A stretch of 33,386 bases of DNA from a virus. Its lineage: Duplodnaviria; Heunggongvirae; Uroviricota; Caudoviricetes. The stretch covers positions 1 through 33,386 of the IMG/VR virus record IMGVR_UViG_3300031760_000012, one strand, 5' to 3'. The position numbers and the translations under genes are program-made. The notes beneath the pieces were generated by a model, which was not told the origin of the DNA, made no database searches, and worked only from the letters and a program-made list of their open reading frames with translations. Shown one piece after another: positions 8,141-17,709 of this stretch (positions are counted from its first letter, which is position 1; every line of letters begins with the position of its first letter).

Positions 8141-8918
8141 CGATATTATATTAAATGAAAGAAACTACATCGAAAAGCTGATCGACGGAGGCGACCTCGG
8201 ACAAAGACCATCCAAAGCCCTTTCTTTGGCGGCAAGGCTCTTTCGTGAAGACGGTTACGATAAAGAGATGCTCCGCCCGCTTCTCGAGGAGTTGATCTTG
8301 AAACACAATCCGAACACATCATTACCTAGATGGAGCCAGACGATCGATTGGGCGATCAGGTACAGCGACAAGAAGCTGATCCAGATCGACAGCATCCCGA
8401 TCACTCAGCTCGAGATCGACATTTGCAAATCCATGGACAGCAATCCAAAGGAGCGTCTTATGTTCACCTTATTCGTCATGGCGAAATTTTATCACATGGC
8501 GAATCCGAAAAATCAGGGCTGGGTCAACATCCCTGACGGGACGCTGTTCAAACTGGCGAACGTCAGTGTCAACGCAAAACGCCAGTCGCTGATGCTGAAT
8601 GAGCTTATGCAGGACGAGTACGTCGAATTCGCGAATACAATCGACAATACATCGATCAAGGTCACATTCATGGATTTCGACTCACCCGCTGTTGTGACAG
8701 TCGACGATCTGCGGAATATCGGAAATCAGTACCGCCGCTTCTGCGGAGAGCCATACATGACATGCGAGAATTGCGGACTGACGGTACGACGTAAGACGAA
8801 TAATCAGAAGTATTGTAAAGAGTGTGCCAAAAAAATAAACATTCAAAAAGCCTCATATTCATCGCAATTACGGAGAGCTGCCTTGATTCAGGAGCATGAA
8901 AGTTCATGCGATGCGTAA
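8130..8918 (+). CDS. Hypothetical protein with C-terminal Zn ribbon, overlapping the RNAP stop
   Basis: GAGGAG RBS, ATG at 8130; CENCG...YCKEC near the C-terminus. Confidence 0.75.
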   Translation: MQINDIILNERNYIEKLIDGGDLGQRPSKALSLAARLFREDGYDKEMLRPLLEELILKHNPNTSLPRWSQTIDWAIRYSDKKLIQIDSIPITQLEIDICKSMDSNPKERLMFTLFVMAKFYHMANPKNQGWVNIPDGTLFKLANVSVNAKRQSLMLNELMQDEYVEFANTIDNTSIKVTFMDFDSPAVVTVDDLRNIGNQYRRFCGEPYMTCENCGLTVRRKTNNQKYCKECAKKINIQKASYSSQLRRAALIQEHESSCDA

Positions 8919-9030
8919 TATATAGCAGAATTTTTGTAGTGGCTAATTGATTGTGAAATGGTTTTGCGGTGAGCACAGCCATTTGTGTCATTTCTGAAGT
9001 TACAATGCTATGGGAAGTAAAGGAGTAAAG

Positions 9031-9333
9031 ATGAAAAGGGAAGCAGTGACGAAGAAAGATCTCGTCAATCGCTTGTCTGAGAAGGGCTACACGAAATATG
9101 CAGCTGGTATCATCTGGGATGATGTTGTCGAAGTGATGAGGGAAGCACTCGTCGAAGGGCACGACATCAAATTCATGGGATTTGGATCGCTCGTTATTCG
9201 TGAGATTAATGAGCGGCCCAGCATCCACCCAGGAACGAAAGAGCGAATTATCATACCGGCGCATAAAACGATTCGGTTCCTTCCGGGCGAGATATTAAAG
9301 TCTGAACTGGCTAACGGTTTCATAAGGGGTTGA
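9031..9333 (+). CDS. hup: HU/IHF-family DNA-binding protein
   Basis: TKKDLV...GHDIKFMGFGSL...RPSIHPGTKERIIIPAHKTIRFLPGEILK matches the HU signature; AAGGAG RBS before 9031. Confidence 0.9.
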   Translation: MKREAVTKKDLVNRLSEKGYTKYAAGIIWDDVVEVMREALVEGHDIKFMGFGSLVIREINERPSIHPGTKERIIIPAHKTIRFLPGEILKSELANGFIRG

Positions 9334-9337
9334 TGCG

Positions 9338-10282
9338 ATGCCGAGGAAAAGCAAAGTACCAGTCCCCGGAGCAACCAAGCCAAAGGCGACGAGACCAGAG
9401 ATTGAATTAAAAATAGAGAAGATGCCGGAAGACAAAATCAAATGTAGCATGTGTGGCAGGGTCCTTAGAACGAAGGGAAATGCCTCGAGCTACTATAAGT
9501 CTAACAGCATTATTCATAAAGGAAACGGCGGGTACATACCCGTCTGTAAGAGCTGCCTCGAAGACTTGTTTTCAGCATATAAGAACGCATTAGGGTCAAC
9601 CCAAAAGGCGATCCAGCGCATATGTATGAAATTCGACGTCTATTGGAATGAGCGCATCTACGAAAGCATTCTCGAGAAGCGCGACACAAGAGGTGGAATG
9701 TTTAAGATCGGCGAATATCTGAAGACAGTCAACTTATACCAGTATCGTGGCAGTACGTACGATACAACACTAGACGAAGAGGCGTCAAGGATACAGACGC
9801 AGATTGACCTCGTAAGAGCTGGCGAAGAGATGACAGAAGATATCGATGTCTCTCCTGAGCAGATTAGAACATGGGGTTCTGGCTTTGATCCTCTGTTCTA
9901 CCGAGAGCTCGACCAGCGCTACGATTACTGGACCGAGGATCTTGACTTCGACAAAGTCGATAAGGCGACAGAGACGCTGATCCGCCAGATATGCATACAG
10001 GAAGTCATCCTGTCTCGCGACGCAGCAGCAGGTCGTCCGATCGACAAGACAGCAAAGATGATCGACTCGCTGCTCGGCAGTTTAAATCTGAAGCCAGTCC
10101 AGAAGCCACAAAAGACAGTGGTCGAAGACGCAATGGATGAAGAAACAGAGATGACTCCGTTCGGGGTGTGGATCCGTAAGATTGAGGATGACCGCCCTAT
10201 TCCGGAGGCAGAAGAACAGTTCGCTGATGTTGACCATTTGAAGGACTACATCCAGACTTGGTTCGTTGGCGGTCTGTGCAAT
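9338..10282 (+). CDS. Putative small terminase subunit (gene directly upstream of TerL), exon 1
   Basis: N-terminal CSMC...CKSC; the frame reads ...TWFVGGLC(N/K) and joins MMHIPN... after intron removal; function inferred from position only. Confidence 0.6.
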
Positions 10283-10709
10283 TATAAAGCTTTAAATATA
10301 GTCTTATCTGACATATATAGCAAAATAGTTGCCGTTCTCAGTAATGAGTTCGTAAAAAATCACATTGAATTGCTGGAAACCCGTAAAGCTGATTTTGCCA
10401 CAGTGTAGTTATGAGATACAAACAAGCACGATGGTTACGAAAGTAGAAAAAATAAAATCAGATTGGACAAGGTTAAATCCTAAATCCTATAACAATCGGC
10501 AATCAGCAGCCAAGCCCTGATGAGGGGAAGGTTCAACGACCATCTCGAAAGAGAGTACACGGTAAGCGATTGATCGTGGAAGTGGTGTGCATCCTACACA
10601 GAGGATGAAGATATGGTCTGCACTGCATGGAAACATGTAGGAGCTGCTACCTCCTAGCAGCCGCACGGGAGTAGCGCCCCGAATATAGAACGAAAGGAGG
10701 TGTAATGAC

Positions 10710-11873
10710 ATGAAGATAATGAAGTCTTTTAAGATCAGGATTTATCCAACAAAAGAACAGGAAGAATTAATCTGGAAACATATACATACATGTAGATTTG
10801 TATGGAATTATATGTTGAATTTACAAGAAGAGCGATATGAATCTGGAAACAATTATTTATCAGCATTTGATATGACGAAACTTTTAACAATATTAAAGAA
10901 TGATGGAGAACATAGCTGGATGTATGATGTAGCGAATACTTCTATGCAGATAGTATGCAGAGATCTAGATAAAGCTTACAAAAATTTTTTTAATAAAGAA
11001 AAAAGACATCCTAGGTTTAAAAGCAAAAAGACATCAAAAGCGTCATATCCTGTTGATTCAAATAGGTTTTATTTTGCAGATAATAAACATTGCCAAATTT
11101 CAGTAGTAGGACGTGTTAAATATAAGACAGATTTTGACTTCCCTGTAGGAAGAAATGCGTGCAAGTTTCGTAATGTGCGGATTCAATATCAACCAGCACG
11201 CAACATATGGATGCTTACATTAACTATGGGTGTCGAAAAACAAGAGCCAGAGTTAACTGATATTCATATGGGGATTGATCTTGGTGTTAAAGAATTAGCA
11301 GTAGTAGCGTTTGGTGATCAAAAGATAGTATTTCATAATATTAACAAGTCACAAAAAGTCATAAGACTTGAAAATAAAATAAAACATGTGCAAAGAAGTA
11401 TATCTCGAAAATACGAGGCTTCTAAGAAACGAACTGGTAATTATGAAAAGACCAATAATATTATTAAAGAAGAGCAGAAGTTAAGAGAGTTATATCACAA
11501 ATTAGCTTGCATTAGAGAAAATTATATACATCAGGTAACAAATAGTTTAATAAAAATGAAACCAGATGTTGTTATAATGGAAGATCTAGATATTCAAAGA
11601 ATGAAAAGAAATAATTATAGAGATATGAGAAAAAGAATATCAGATGCTAAAATGTATGAATTTATAAAAAAAATGAAATACAAATGCGAGTGGAATGGAA
11701 TTCAGTTTGTGCAAGCAGAATGGTATTTTAAATCCAGCAAAACTTGTTCTAACTGCGGAGCTGTTAAGCAGGATTTAAAACGTAGTGATAGAACGTATGT
11801 TTGTCCAAAGTGTGGATTTGTAGAAGATCGTGATTATAACGCTGCTATTAATCTAATGAGATACGTAGCTTAG
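10710..11873 (+). CDS. tnpB: RNA-guided endonuclease TnpB (IS200/IS605-IS607 OrfB family), 387 aa
   Basis: N-terminal KIRIYPTKEQ HTH, RuvC triad GIDLG / MEDL / DRDYNAA all intact, Zn ribbon CSNCG...CPKCG; AGGAGGT RBS; visibly AT-richer than the flanking genes. Confidence 0.95.
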   Translation: MKIMKSFKIRIYPTKEQEELIWKHIHTCRFVWNYMLNLQEERYESGNNYLSAFDMTKLLTILKNDGEHSWMYDVANTSMQIVCRDLDKAYKNFFNKEKRHPRFKSKKTSKASYPVDSNRFYFADNKHCQISVVGRVKYKTDFDFPVGRNACKFRNVRIQYQPARNIWMLTLTMGVEKQEPELTDIHMGIDLGVKELAVVAFGDQKIVFHNINKSQKVIRLENKIKHVQRSISRKYEASKKRTGNYEKTNNIIKEEQKLRELYHKLACIRENYIHQVTNSLIKMKPDVVIMEDLDIQRMKRNNYRDMRKRISDAKMYEFIKKMKYKCEWNGIQFVQAEWYFKSSKTCSNCGAVKQDLKRSDRTYVCPKCGFVEDRDYNAAINLMRYVA

Positions 11874-12003
11874 ATAATCAGGCTACGGTCTAAAGGTGTC
11901 ATTACACCTCAAAGCTGCGGAGTACTAAATGCATAAAGCAATTATGCTTTGTTACTGCGATATAGTGCTATGATGCAGTAAGTTCTATTTGTGAACATAA
12001 TGG
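11874..12003 (+). ncRNA. Putative TnpB omegaRNA scaffold coinciding with the intron 3' end
   Basis: AAGCTGCGGAGTAC...GTGC-TATGATGCAGTAAG follows the clostridial TnpB right-end pattern as recalled (AAGCCTGTGGAGTGT...ACAC-GATGAAGCAGGAAG), with compensatory pairs CTGC/GCAG and GTAC/GTGC; internal AAAGC-n-GCTTT stem. Confidence 0.7.
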
Positions 12004-12201
12004 ATGATGCATATCCCGAACGCGTTCTCAGACAAGTTCGAGGAGGCAATGGAGAAATATACAGTCGAGAAGCCTGAATATCACGCCGACGATGACGACA
12101 TCTCTCTTGACGAGCTCTTCGAAAAAGCAGAAGAAGAAGGAAGAAAGGTGAGGTCGAATGGCGGGACATCAGGGCCGTCCGACGAAGACGAAGATTATTA
12201 A
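12004..12201 (+). CDS. Putative small terminase, exon 2 (spliced product about 380 aa)
   Basis: MMHIPNAFSDKFEEAMEKYTVEKPEY... has no RBS of its own and continues exon 1 in frame; overlaps the TerL start. Confidence 0.65.
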   Translation: MMHIPNAFSDKFEEAMEKYTVEKPEYHADDDDISLDELFEKAEEEGRKVRSNGGTSGPSDEDEDY

Positions 12202-13942
12202 GAAGCCGTCAGCGGAACATATCGACAGAATTCTGGAAGGTGTCGCGGCATGGACGTCATTCTACAGAGCGAATCCGCACAGATTCGTGAGCGACTATAT
12301 GCGGATCAACCTGCGCGAGTTCCAGAAGATTTTGCTGACAGCGTTTAACGAAAATTACAATTCAGTATACATCGCCGCCAGAGGACAAGGGAAGTCTTTT
12401 CTTCTGGCGGTCTTTTGTTGCTATAGATGCATTTTGTACCCAGGTACGAAAATCTGTATCGCAGCAGGCACACGTGATCAGGCGACAAACGTAATCGAGA
12501 AGATCATGAACGAACTTGTTCCCGGGTCAGAACTGCTCAAGAACGAAATCGACACATATTCCACAAGCAATCTCAAAGCAGCTGTTGAATGGAAGAACGG
12601 GTCGGTTATTAAGGTCGTTACAGCGAGAGACTCCGCCAGAGGAAACAGGGCGAACATCTTGCTGATCGACGAGTTCCGTATGGTCGACAAGAACACAATC
12701 GACACAGTTCTGAAGCGATTCCTGACAGCACCACGTATGCCTGGGTATATGGCGAAGCCGGAGTACCAGCACTTGGCAGAGCGAAACAAGGAGATATATT
12801 TGTCCTCCGCGTTCTTCAAGTCACACTGGTCGTACGATAAAGTGCGCGACTTCGTAAAGGCGATGTTGAGCGGACGGCGCTATTTTGCGTGTGGGTTTCC
12901 ATATCAACTCTCTCTGGCGGAAGGACTTCTGAGCCGCGGAGCTGTTGAGGACGAAATGTCCGAAGCCGGCTTCTCAGAGACGAAGTGGCAGATGGAGATG
13001 GAGACGCGTTGGTTCGGTGACGCAGATGGGACGTTTTTCGACTTCGACTCGATCGCGCAGAATCGCAAGATCAAGTACCCAATGCTGCCATCAGATATGG
13101 CGTCAAAGCTTGGCAACTCGAAGAAAGTCAAGATCCCGCCGAAGCAACCGGGCGAACTTAGAATCATCTCGTGCGACTTGGCGCTGATGACGACAGCGAA
13201 CAATAAGAACGACGCATCCGCGACGTTTGTGAATCAGTTAGTGCCGACAAAGGCGAACAAGTACATGAGTAACTTCGTGTACACAGAGTCGTCCGAAGGT
13301 CAGCACACGCAAGATCAGGCGTTGCGAATCAGGAAGCTCTACGAGGAGTACGATGCTGATTATATAATCATCGACGCAAAGGGCGTAGGTTTTGGTATCG
13401 TCGACGCGCTAGTTCGTGATATCAACGATCCGGAGACCGGAGAGACGTATCCGGGGCTTGGTTGCAAGAACAACAAAGAATGGGATAAGCGATGCCTGAA
13501 TCCACATTCGGTCAAGGCGATCTGGGTTGTAAACGCAGACCAGAAGTTCAACTCAGAGTGCGCGATCTTGCTAAGAGACGGAATGCGATCTGGAAGAATT
13601 CGTCTGCTGGAAACAGAGTACGACGGAGAGTCACGCCTGAACGAAATCAAAGGATTCAAAAGCATGGCGACAGAAGACAAGCTCGCACTAGAGCTGCCGT
13701 ACGTAAATACGACGTTATTGGTCAATGAGATGATCAACCTGCGACACGAAGAAAAGACAGGATATGTGCGGATCATTAAGGCGAAAAGCAAGCGGAAGGA
13801 TAGATATTCTTCCATATCATATAATTACTGGCTGGCGTGCCAACTGGAAGAGAAGCTCGAGAAGAAGCATGCAGCTGCTGTCAAGAGCGGCGACTCATTC
13901 ATGTTCAGGGCGCCGGTTATCAAAAAGAATAAGAGGTGGTGA
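12158..13942 (+). CDS. terL: Terminase large subunit
   Basis: Walker A AARGQGKS, Walker B LLIDE, nuclease-domain acidic motifs ISCDLA, IIDAKG and RKDRYSS. Confidence 0.92.
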   Translation: MAGHQGRPTKTKIIKKPSAEHIDRILEGVAAWTSFYRANPHRFVSDYMRINLREFQKILLTAFNENYNSVYIAARGQGKSFLLAVFCCYRCILYPGTKICIAAGTRDQATNVIEKIMNELVPGSELLKNEIDTYSTSNLKAAVEWKNGSVIKVVTARDSARGNRANILLIDEFRMVDKNTIDTVLKRFLTAPRMPGYMAKPEYQHLAERNKEIYLSSAFFKSHWSYDKVRDFVKAMLSGRRYFACGFPYQLSLAEGLLSRGAVEDEMSEAGFSETKWQMEMETRWFGDADGTFFDFDSIAQNRKIKYPMLPSDMASKLGNSKKVKIPPKQPGELRIISCDLALMTTANNKNDASATFVNQLVPTKANKYMSNFVYTESSEGQHTQDQALRIRKLYEEYDADYIIIDAKGVGFGIVDALVRDINDPETGETYPGLGCKNNKEWDKRCLNPHSVKAIWVVNADQKFNSECAILLRDGMRSGRIRLLETEYDGESRLNEIKGFKSMATEDKLALELPYVNTTLLVNEMINLRHEEKTGYVRIIKAKSKRKDRYSSISYNYWLACQLEEKLEKKHAAAVKSGDSFMFRAPVIKKNKRW

Positions 13943-13948
13943 CAACCA

Positions 13949-15454
13949 ATGGGAGAAGAAGCGAAAAGATCCCAGCCATCTGAGAAGTTCTCTTTTGGCG
14001 ATGATACCGCCAGATTACCAGAGCGGTTCAAAGAAATGAGTAAGGTGATACTCCGCGATCTCAATAACAACAGAAGGTCACCTACTTTTTACAGGTATAC
14101 AAAATCCAGGATTATGGAGTACTTAGAGAATCCGTACAGAAATCAGAAGGCGCTGCGAGATGCGTCTATTTATTTGTACGGAGTTAGTACCCACTACCGG
14201 AGAATCATAAATTATTTTGCAGGTCTTTCAGATCTGTGCTACGTTCTCGCTCCATACAAGGTCGACACGAGCACAGCGAAGCCATCCAGCATCGAGAGCA
14301 AGTACCGCAAGTGCTTAAACATTCTGACGAGTATGGACATTGAGAACCAGTTCCGCAAGGTGCTGGTCGTATGTTTCCGCGAGGATACCTTCTTTGGTTA
14401 TCTTCGTGACGATCTCGGCGACGTGATCACGCTGCAGCAGCTTCCAGCTGACTACTGCGACATATCCGTCATCGAGAATAACGTACTCAATGTAACATTC
14501 GACTTTGCGTACTTCTCGAGCAACGAAGTATTGCTGGATTTTTATCCGGCTGAGTTCCGCCAGAAGTATGATGCGTACTTAAAAGATCGCACCGGCATGA
14601 GGTGGCAGGAGTTGTCCTCCCCTAACGCATTTGCGATCAAGGCGAACAATGACATCCTTGACTATGCCATTCCTCCTCTGGCGGGAATATTCGCTGGCAT
14701 ATACGATCTGGAAGATTATAAGCAGCTCAAGATGACCAAGGAAGAGCTTGAGAACTACGCGGTTCTGGTCATGAAGCTTGGGATCAACTCTGACGGAGAC
14801 TGGCAGATGCCACTCGAACAGGCGAAGGACTTCTGGAGAAATCTCGACGGGATCCTTCCGGAAGAAATCGGCAGTGTCCTCTCCCCTATGGAGATTACCA
14901 AGATCGGCTTCGAGCGGAATCACGCGAAAGATACAAGCTCAACCGCGGATGCAGAAGAAGAAATATTCACTGCGGCGGGGGTATCGTCGTTGCTATTCAA
15001 CAACGCAAAGGCGAGCTCAAACGCGCTGCTCTTATCTATAAAGGCGGACCAGTGCATGACATATGCGATCGTTCAGCAAATTGAAGCCGTGATAAACAGA
15101 TATATACAATCTCAGTCCTATGGGCGGAATTTTAAAACTACCTTTCTCGACGTGTCTCCTTTCAACAGAAAAGAAGTTGGCGATCAGTATTTAAAAGCGG
15201 CTACATATGGCATGCCTGCCGTCACGTATTATTGTGTGTCTCAAGGCATCTCCCAAAACGATATAGATCAGATGAACTTCTTAGAACAGGACGTTCTGGA
15301 TATTGGTTCCAGATTCAGACCTTTACAGAGTTCGAATACGGTTTCCTCCTCAACAGGAGATGCCGGCAGACCGCAATCTGACATAGACGAATTATCGGAA
15401 GGCGGCGAAGTTTCCAGAGAAGGAGACGATGGAGACGATCGCAAGTTGGAATGA
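13949..15454 (+). CDS. Portal protein
   Basis: 501 aa directly after TerL, helical with an acidic tail; canonical position. Confidence 0.8.
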   Translation: MGEEAKRSQPSEKFSFGDDTARLPERFKEMSKVILRDLNNNRRSPTFYRYTKSRIMEYLENPYRNQKALRDASIYLYGVSTHYRRIINYFAGLSDLCYVLAPYKVDTSTAKPSSIESKYRKCLNILTSMDIENQFRKVLVVCFREDTFFGYLRDDLGDVITLQQLPADYCDISVIENNVLNVTFDFAYFSSNEVLLDFYPAEFRQKYDAYLKDRTGMRWQELSSPNAFAIKANNDILDYAIPPLAGIFAGIYDLEDYKQLKMTKEELENYAVLVMKLGINSDGDWQMPLEQAKDFWRNLDGILPEEIGSVLSPMEITKIGFERNHAKDTSSTADAEEEIFTAAGVSSLLFNNAKASSNALLLSIKADQCMTYAIVQQIEAVINRYIQSQSYGRNFKTTFLDVSPFNRKEVGDQYLKAATYGMPAVTYYCVSQGISQNDIDQMNFLEQDVLDIGSRFRPLQSSNTVSSSTGDAGRPQSDIDELSEGGEVSREGDDGDDRKLE

Positions 15455-15464
15455 GAGGGATCAA

Positions 15465-15659
15465 ATGAATTTTGTATATGTACAAGGTGAAACCAACAAA
15501 GATAAAATGCTTGCCCTTGGCTACGAGTTGATAAAGAGCGACTCGAAGGGCAGGATTTTTATATTCAAAAACAAAGACGAAGCTCTTAAGTTCGGTCTGA
15601 ATGACGAACTGGAACAGTCGGATATCAGTTTTATCACATCCAATGTTCTCACCTTTTAG
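15465..15659 (+). CDS. Small hypothetical protein
   Basis: GAGAGGGA RBS before ATG at 15465; ends ...SNVLTF. Confidence 0.6.
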   Translation: MNFVYVQGETNKDKMLALGYELIKSDSKGRIFIFKNKDEALKFGLNDELEQSDISFITSNVLTF

Positions 15660-15693
15660 TTAGCCTCGTCTAATCAAAGGAGGTGAAAAGGCG

Positions 15694-17154
15694 TTGGAAA
15701 GAATGAACCTTACCTACAAATCATCAATCGGATCGTTTGATAGTGTGAATAGCTCATTCGACTCTGGGGTTCTGCGCGTGTGCTACACGGGCGACAACAG
15801 AAACGGATCCAGTATCTCGAAAGAGGTTTTTGAGAAATGTATCCACACAATTTACAACTGTCCAATCGTATGCAATTACGACAGAGAGACAGACTCAATC
15901 GGAGAGCACGACATGAGCATCGTGATGAAGGATGGGTCTCCTTCTCTGATAAACGAAACAGACCCGATCGGCGTTGTTCCGGCAGGAGCGAACTGGTGGT
16001 TCGAGTATGACGAAGGTCGTGAGTACTTATGTGTCGACGTGCTTTTGTGGAAGCGCCAGGAAGCGTACGAACACATTAAAGAAAACGGCATTACGGATGA
16101 GTCGATGGAGATTTCTGTGACGGCGTACCACAAAGAGGACGGCATCATGGTGATCGACGAGTTCGAGTTTAACGCGTTCTGCCTGCTCGAGTCTGCGGAG
16201 CCATGCTACGAAGGAGCAGGTCTGATTCTGTTCAGCATCGACAAATTCAGGACAGCTTTCGACGAGATGATTGAGGATCTGAAAAATGTCAGTGCTTCTT
16301 ATTCGAAGGTTGACATAGATATACCAGACTCTCGGAAGGAGGAACAGAATTTGGAAAAGGAAAAAATTCTTGCCGAATTCGGTCTTACTGCTGAGCAACT
16401 CGGAATCGAGGATCTCGAAAGTTGCACTGAGGAAGACCTGAAGGCAAAGTGCGAAGAGTATTCCCTGACAGCAGGTCAACTTGCTGAACAGATTCGGGAT
16501 GCTCTGCGTACTGAAACTTACACAGATGAATGGGGAACGTGGTCCAGATACATCTACATTGACCATGATGTTGAGTCCAACACAGTTTACGCAGTCGACA
16601 CAGAGTCCGACTACAATCTGTACGGACTCACATATGCAATGAATGGTGACAATGTAGAGATTGACTTCTCTGCCCCAGTACGCAAAAAGATTTCTTACGT
16701 TGACTTTGACGAAGGTGAAACGCAGTCACTGTTTGCAGCTGTTGCAGACAGAGTCGCAGAACGTAGCGCAGCTGAAATTGCTGCTGCCAAAGAAGAGTTT
16801 GCACAGAAGAAAGCGGACGCAGCTGAGAAAATGAGCGAACTTAACGCAGAGCTCGACGAGCTGAAACAGTTCAAAGTTTCTACTCTGGCGGCCCAAAGAG
16901 TCGAAGAAGTGGAAGCTGTATTTGAGCAGTTCACTGATCTCGAAGGCGTCGAAGCGTTCGAGGAACTCAGAGCAGACTACGGCGATATGTCTGTAGAAGA
17001 AATCGAGGACAAGTGTTTCTCCATCCGTGGAAGAAACGTACAGGTCAAATTTGCAAAGAAGGAAAAGCCATCGGCCCGCATCCCGGCAAAGCAGCCGAAG
17101 CAGGAAGATGAACCATACGGCGGCATCTTTGAAAAATACCCGCCACATAAATAA
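15694..17154 (+). CDS. Prohead protease/scaffold fusion
   Basis: N-terminal GVLRVCYTGDNRNGS...SMEI protease-like domain followed by a long acidic coiled-coil; AAGGAGGTGA RBS; TTG start; position between portal and capsid. Confidence 0.7.
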   Translation: MERMNLTYKSSIGSFDSVNSSFDSGVLRVCYTGDNRNGSSISKEVFEKCIHTIYNCPIVCNYDRETDSIGEHDMSIVMKDGSPSLINETDPIGVVPAGANWWFEYDEGREYLCVDVLLWKRQEAYEHIKENGITDESMEISVTAYHKEDGIMVIDEFEFNAFCLLESAEPCYEGAGLILFSIDKFRTAFDEMIEDLKNVSASYSKVDIDIPDSRKEEQNLEKEKILAEFGLTAEQLGIEDLESCTEEDLKAKCEEYSLTAGQLAEQIRDALRTETYTDEWGTWSRYIYIDHDVESNTVYAVDTESDYNLYGLTYAMNGDNVEIDFSAPVRKKISYVDFDEGETQSLFAAVADRVAERSAAEIAAAKEEFAQKKADAAEKMSELNAELDELKQFKVSTLAAQRVEEVEAVFEQFTDLEGVEAFEELRADYGDMSVEEIEDKCFSIRGRNVQVKFAKKEKPSARIPAKQPKQEDEPYGGIFEKYPPHK

Positions 17155-17174
17155 ACACAAGGAGGAATTATATT

Positions 17175-17687
17175 ATGGCACATGCAGTATTTAGAAGCGA
17201 CCTCATGTCAGGCACAGATGTCGCAGCAGATCTCGTGTCTCTGAGAGTGTACAATGGCACAACTCCGATCGAAGTTGACAACTGCACAATTGTAGAGCTT
17301 GAAGGATACGAAGAAGGCGAAAGAGAAATTCGCAAAGCAAAGTTAGCTACAGCTAGCTCAGAGCTGAACGCTTGCGCAATCGTAGCTACACCAGAAGTTA
17401 TGCATGACGAACGTCTGAAGAATCTCGACGAGTTCTTCAACGAAGCTAATGCGATTTGTAGAGGTTACATTCCAAGACCGAGAAATATGTTCTCTGTAAC
17501 AAAGGAAGCATTCGTTGGCGGCACTGCTCCGACAGCTGTAGGCACAGCACTGAGCCTTGGCGCAAACGGCAAGATCGCAACTTCCGGTTCTGGTAAAGCA
17601 CTCGGGGCACTGAGAGCTATCGAGCCGACTAGCCGTTATACATACTACGTTATCGAAATTACACCAGAAGCATTCGCGACTGCTTAA
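17175..17687 (+). CDS. Head decoration / capsid-associated protein
   Basis: 170 aa, small-residue rich, between scaffold and capsid; strong RBS; high-expression codon style. Confidence 0.55.
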   Translation: MAHAVFRSDLMSGTDVAADLVSLRVYNGTTPIEVDNCTIVELEGYEEGEREIRKAKLATASSELNACAIVATPEVMHDERLKNLDEFFNEANAICRGYIPRPRNMFSVTKEAFVGGTAPTAVGTALSLGANGKIATSGSGKALGALRAIEPTSRYTYYVIEITPEAFATA

Positions 17688-17709
17688 TTATATCCGGAGG
17701 TGACGAATA

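Larger units (their letters stand above)
10283..12003 (+). mobile_element. Group I intron carrying tnpB and omegaRNA, no tnpA (IStron-like, non-autonomous); junction uncertain by 1 nt
   Basis: P1 GCAAU/GUUGC (10328-10332) with U.G; P2 with GUAA loop; P GAAUUGCUGGAA (10367-10378), Q AAUCAGCAGCCAAG (10501-10514), R GGUUCAACGACCA, S GAAGAUAUGGUCUG, P7 GACCA (10538-10542)/UGGUC (10614-10618); P9 with GAAA loop; ends ...UGAACAUAAUGG; removal restores the frame. Confidence 0.88.

Noticed and set aside
10283-10408. C-terminal 41 residues of track ORF 9338..10408
   Set aside because: Encoded by intron P1-P5 sequence; the real C-terminus is exon 12004..12201.
10710-11873. TnpB as a Cas12f/type V CRISPR effector
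   Set aside because: No repeat-spacer array or cas genes in the window; its context is an intron with an omegaRNA-like end.
10283-12003. Autonomous IS605/IS607 transposon
   Set aside because: No Y1 or serine transposase ORF between the ribozyme core and tnpB.
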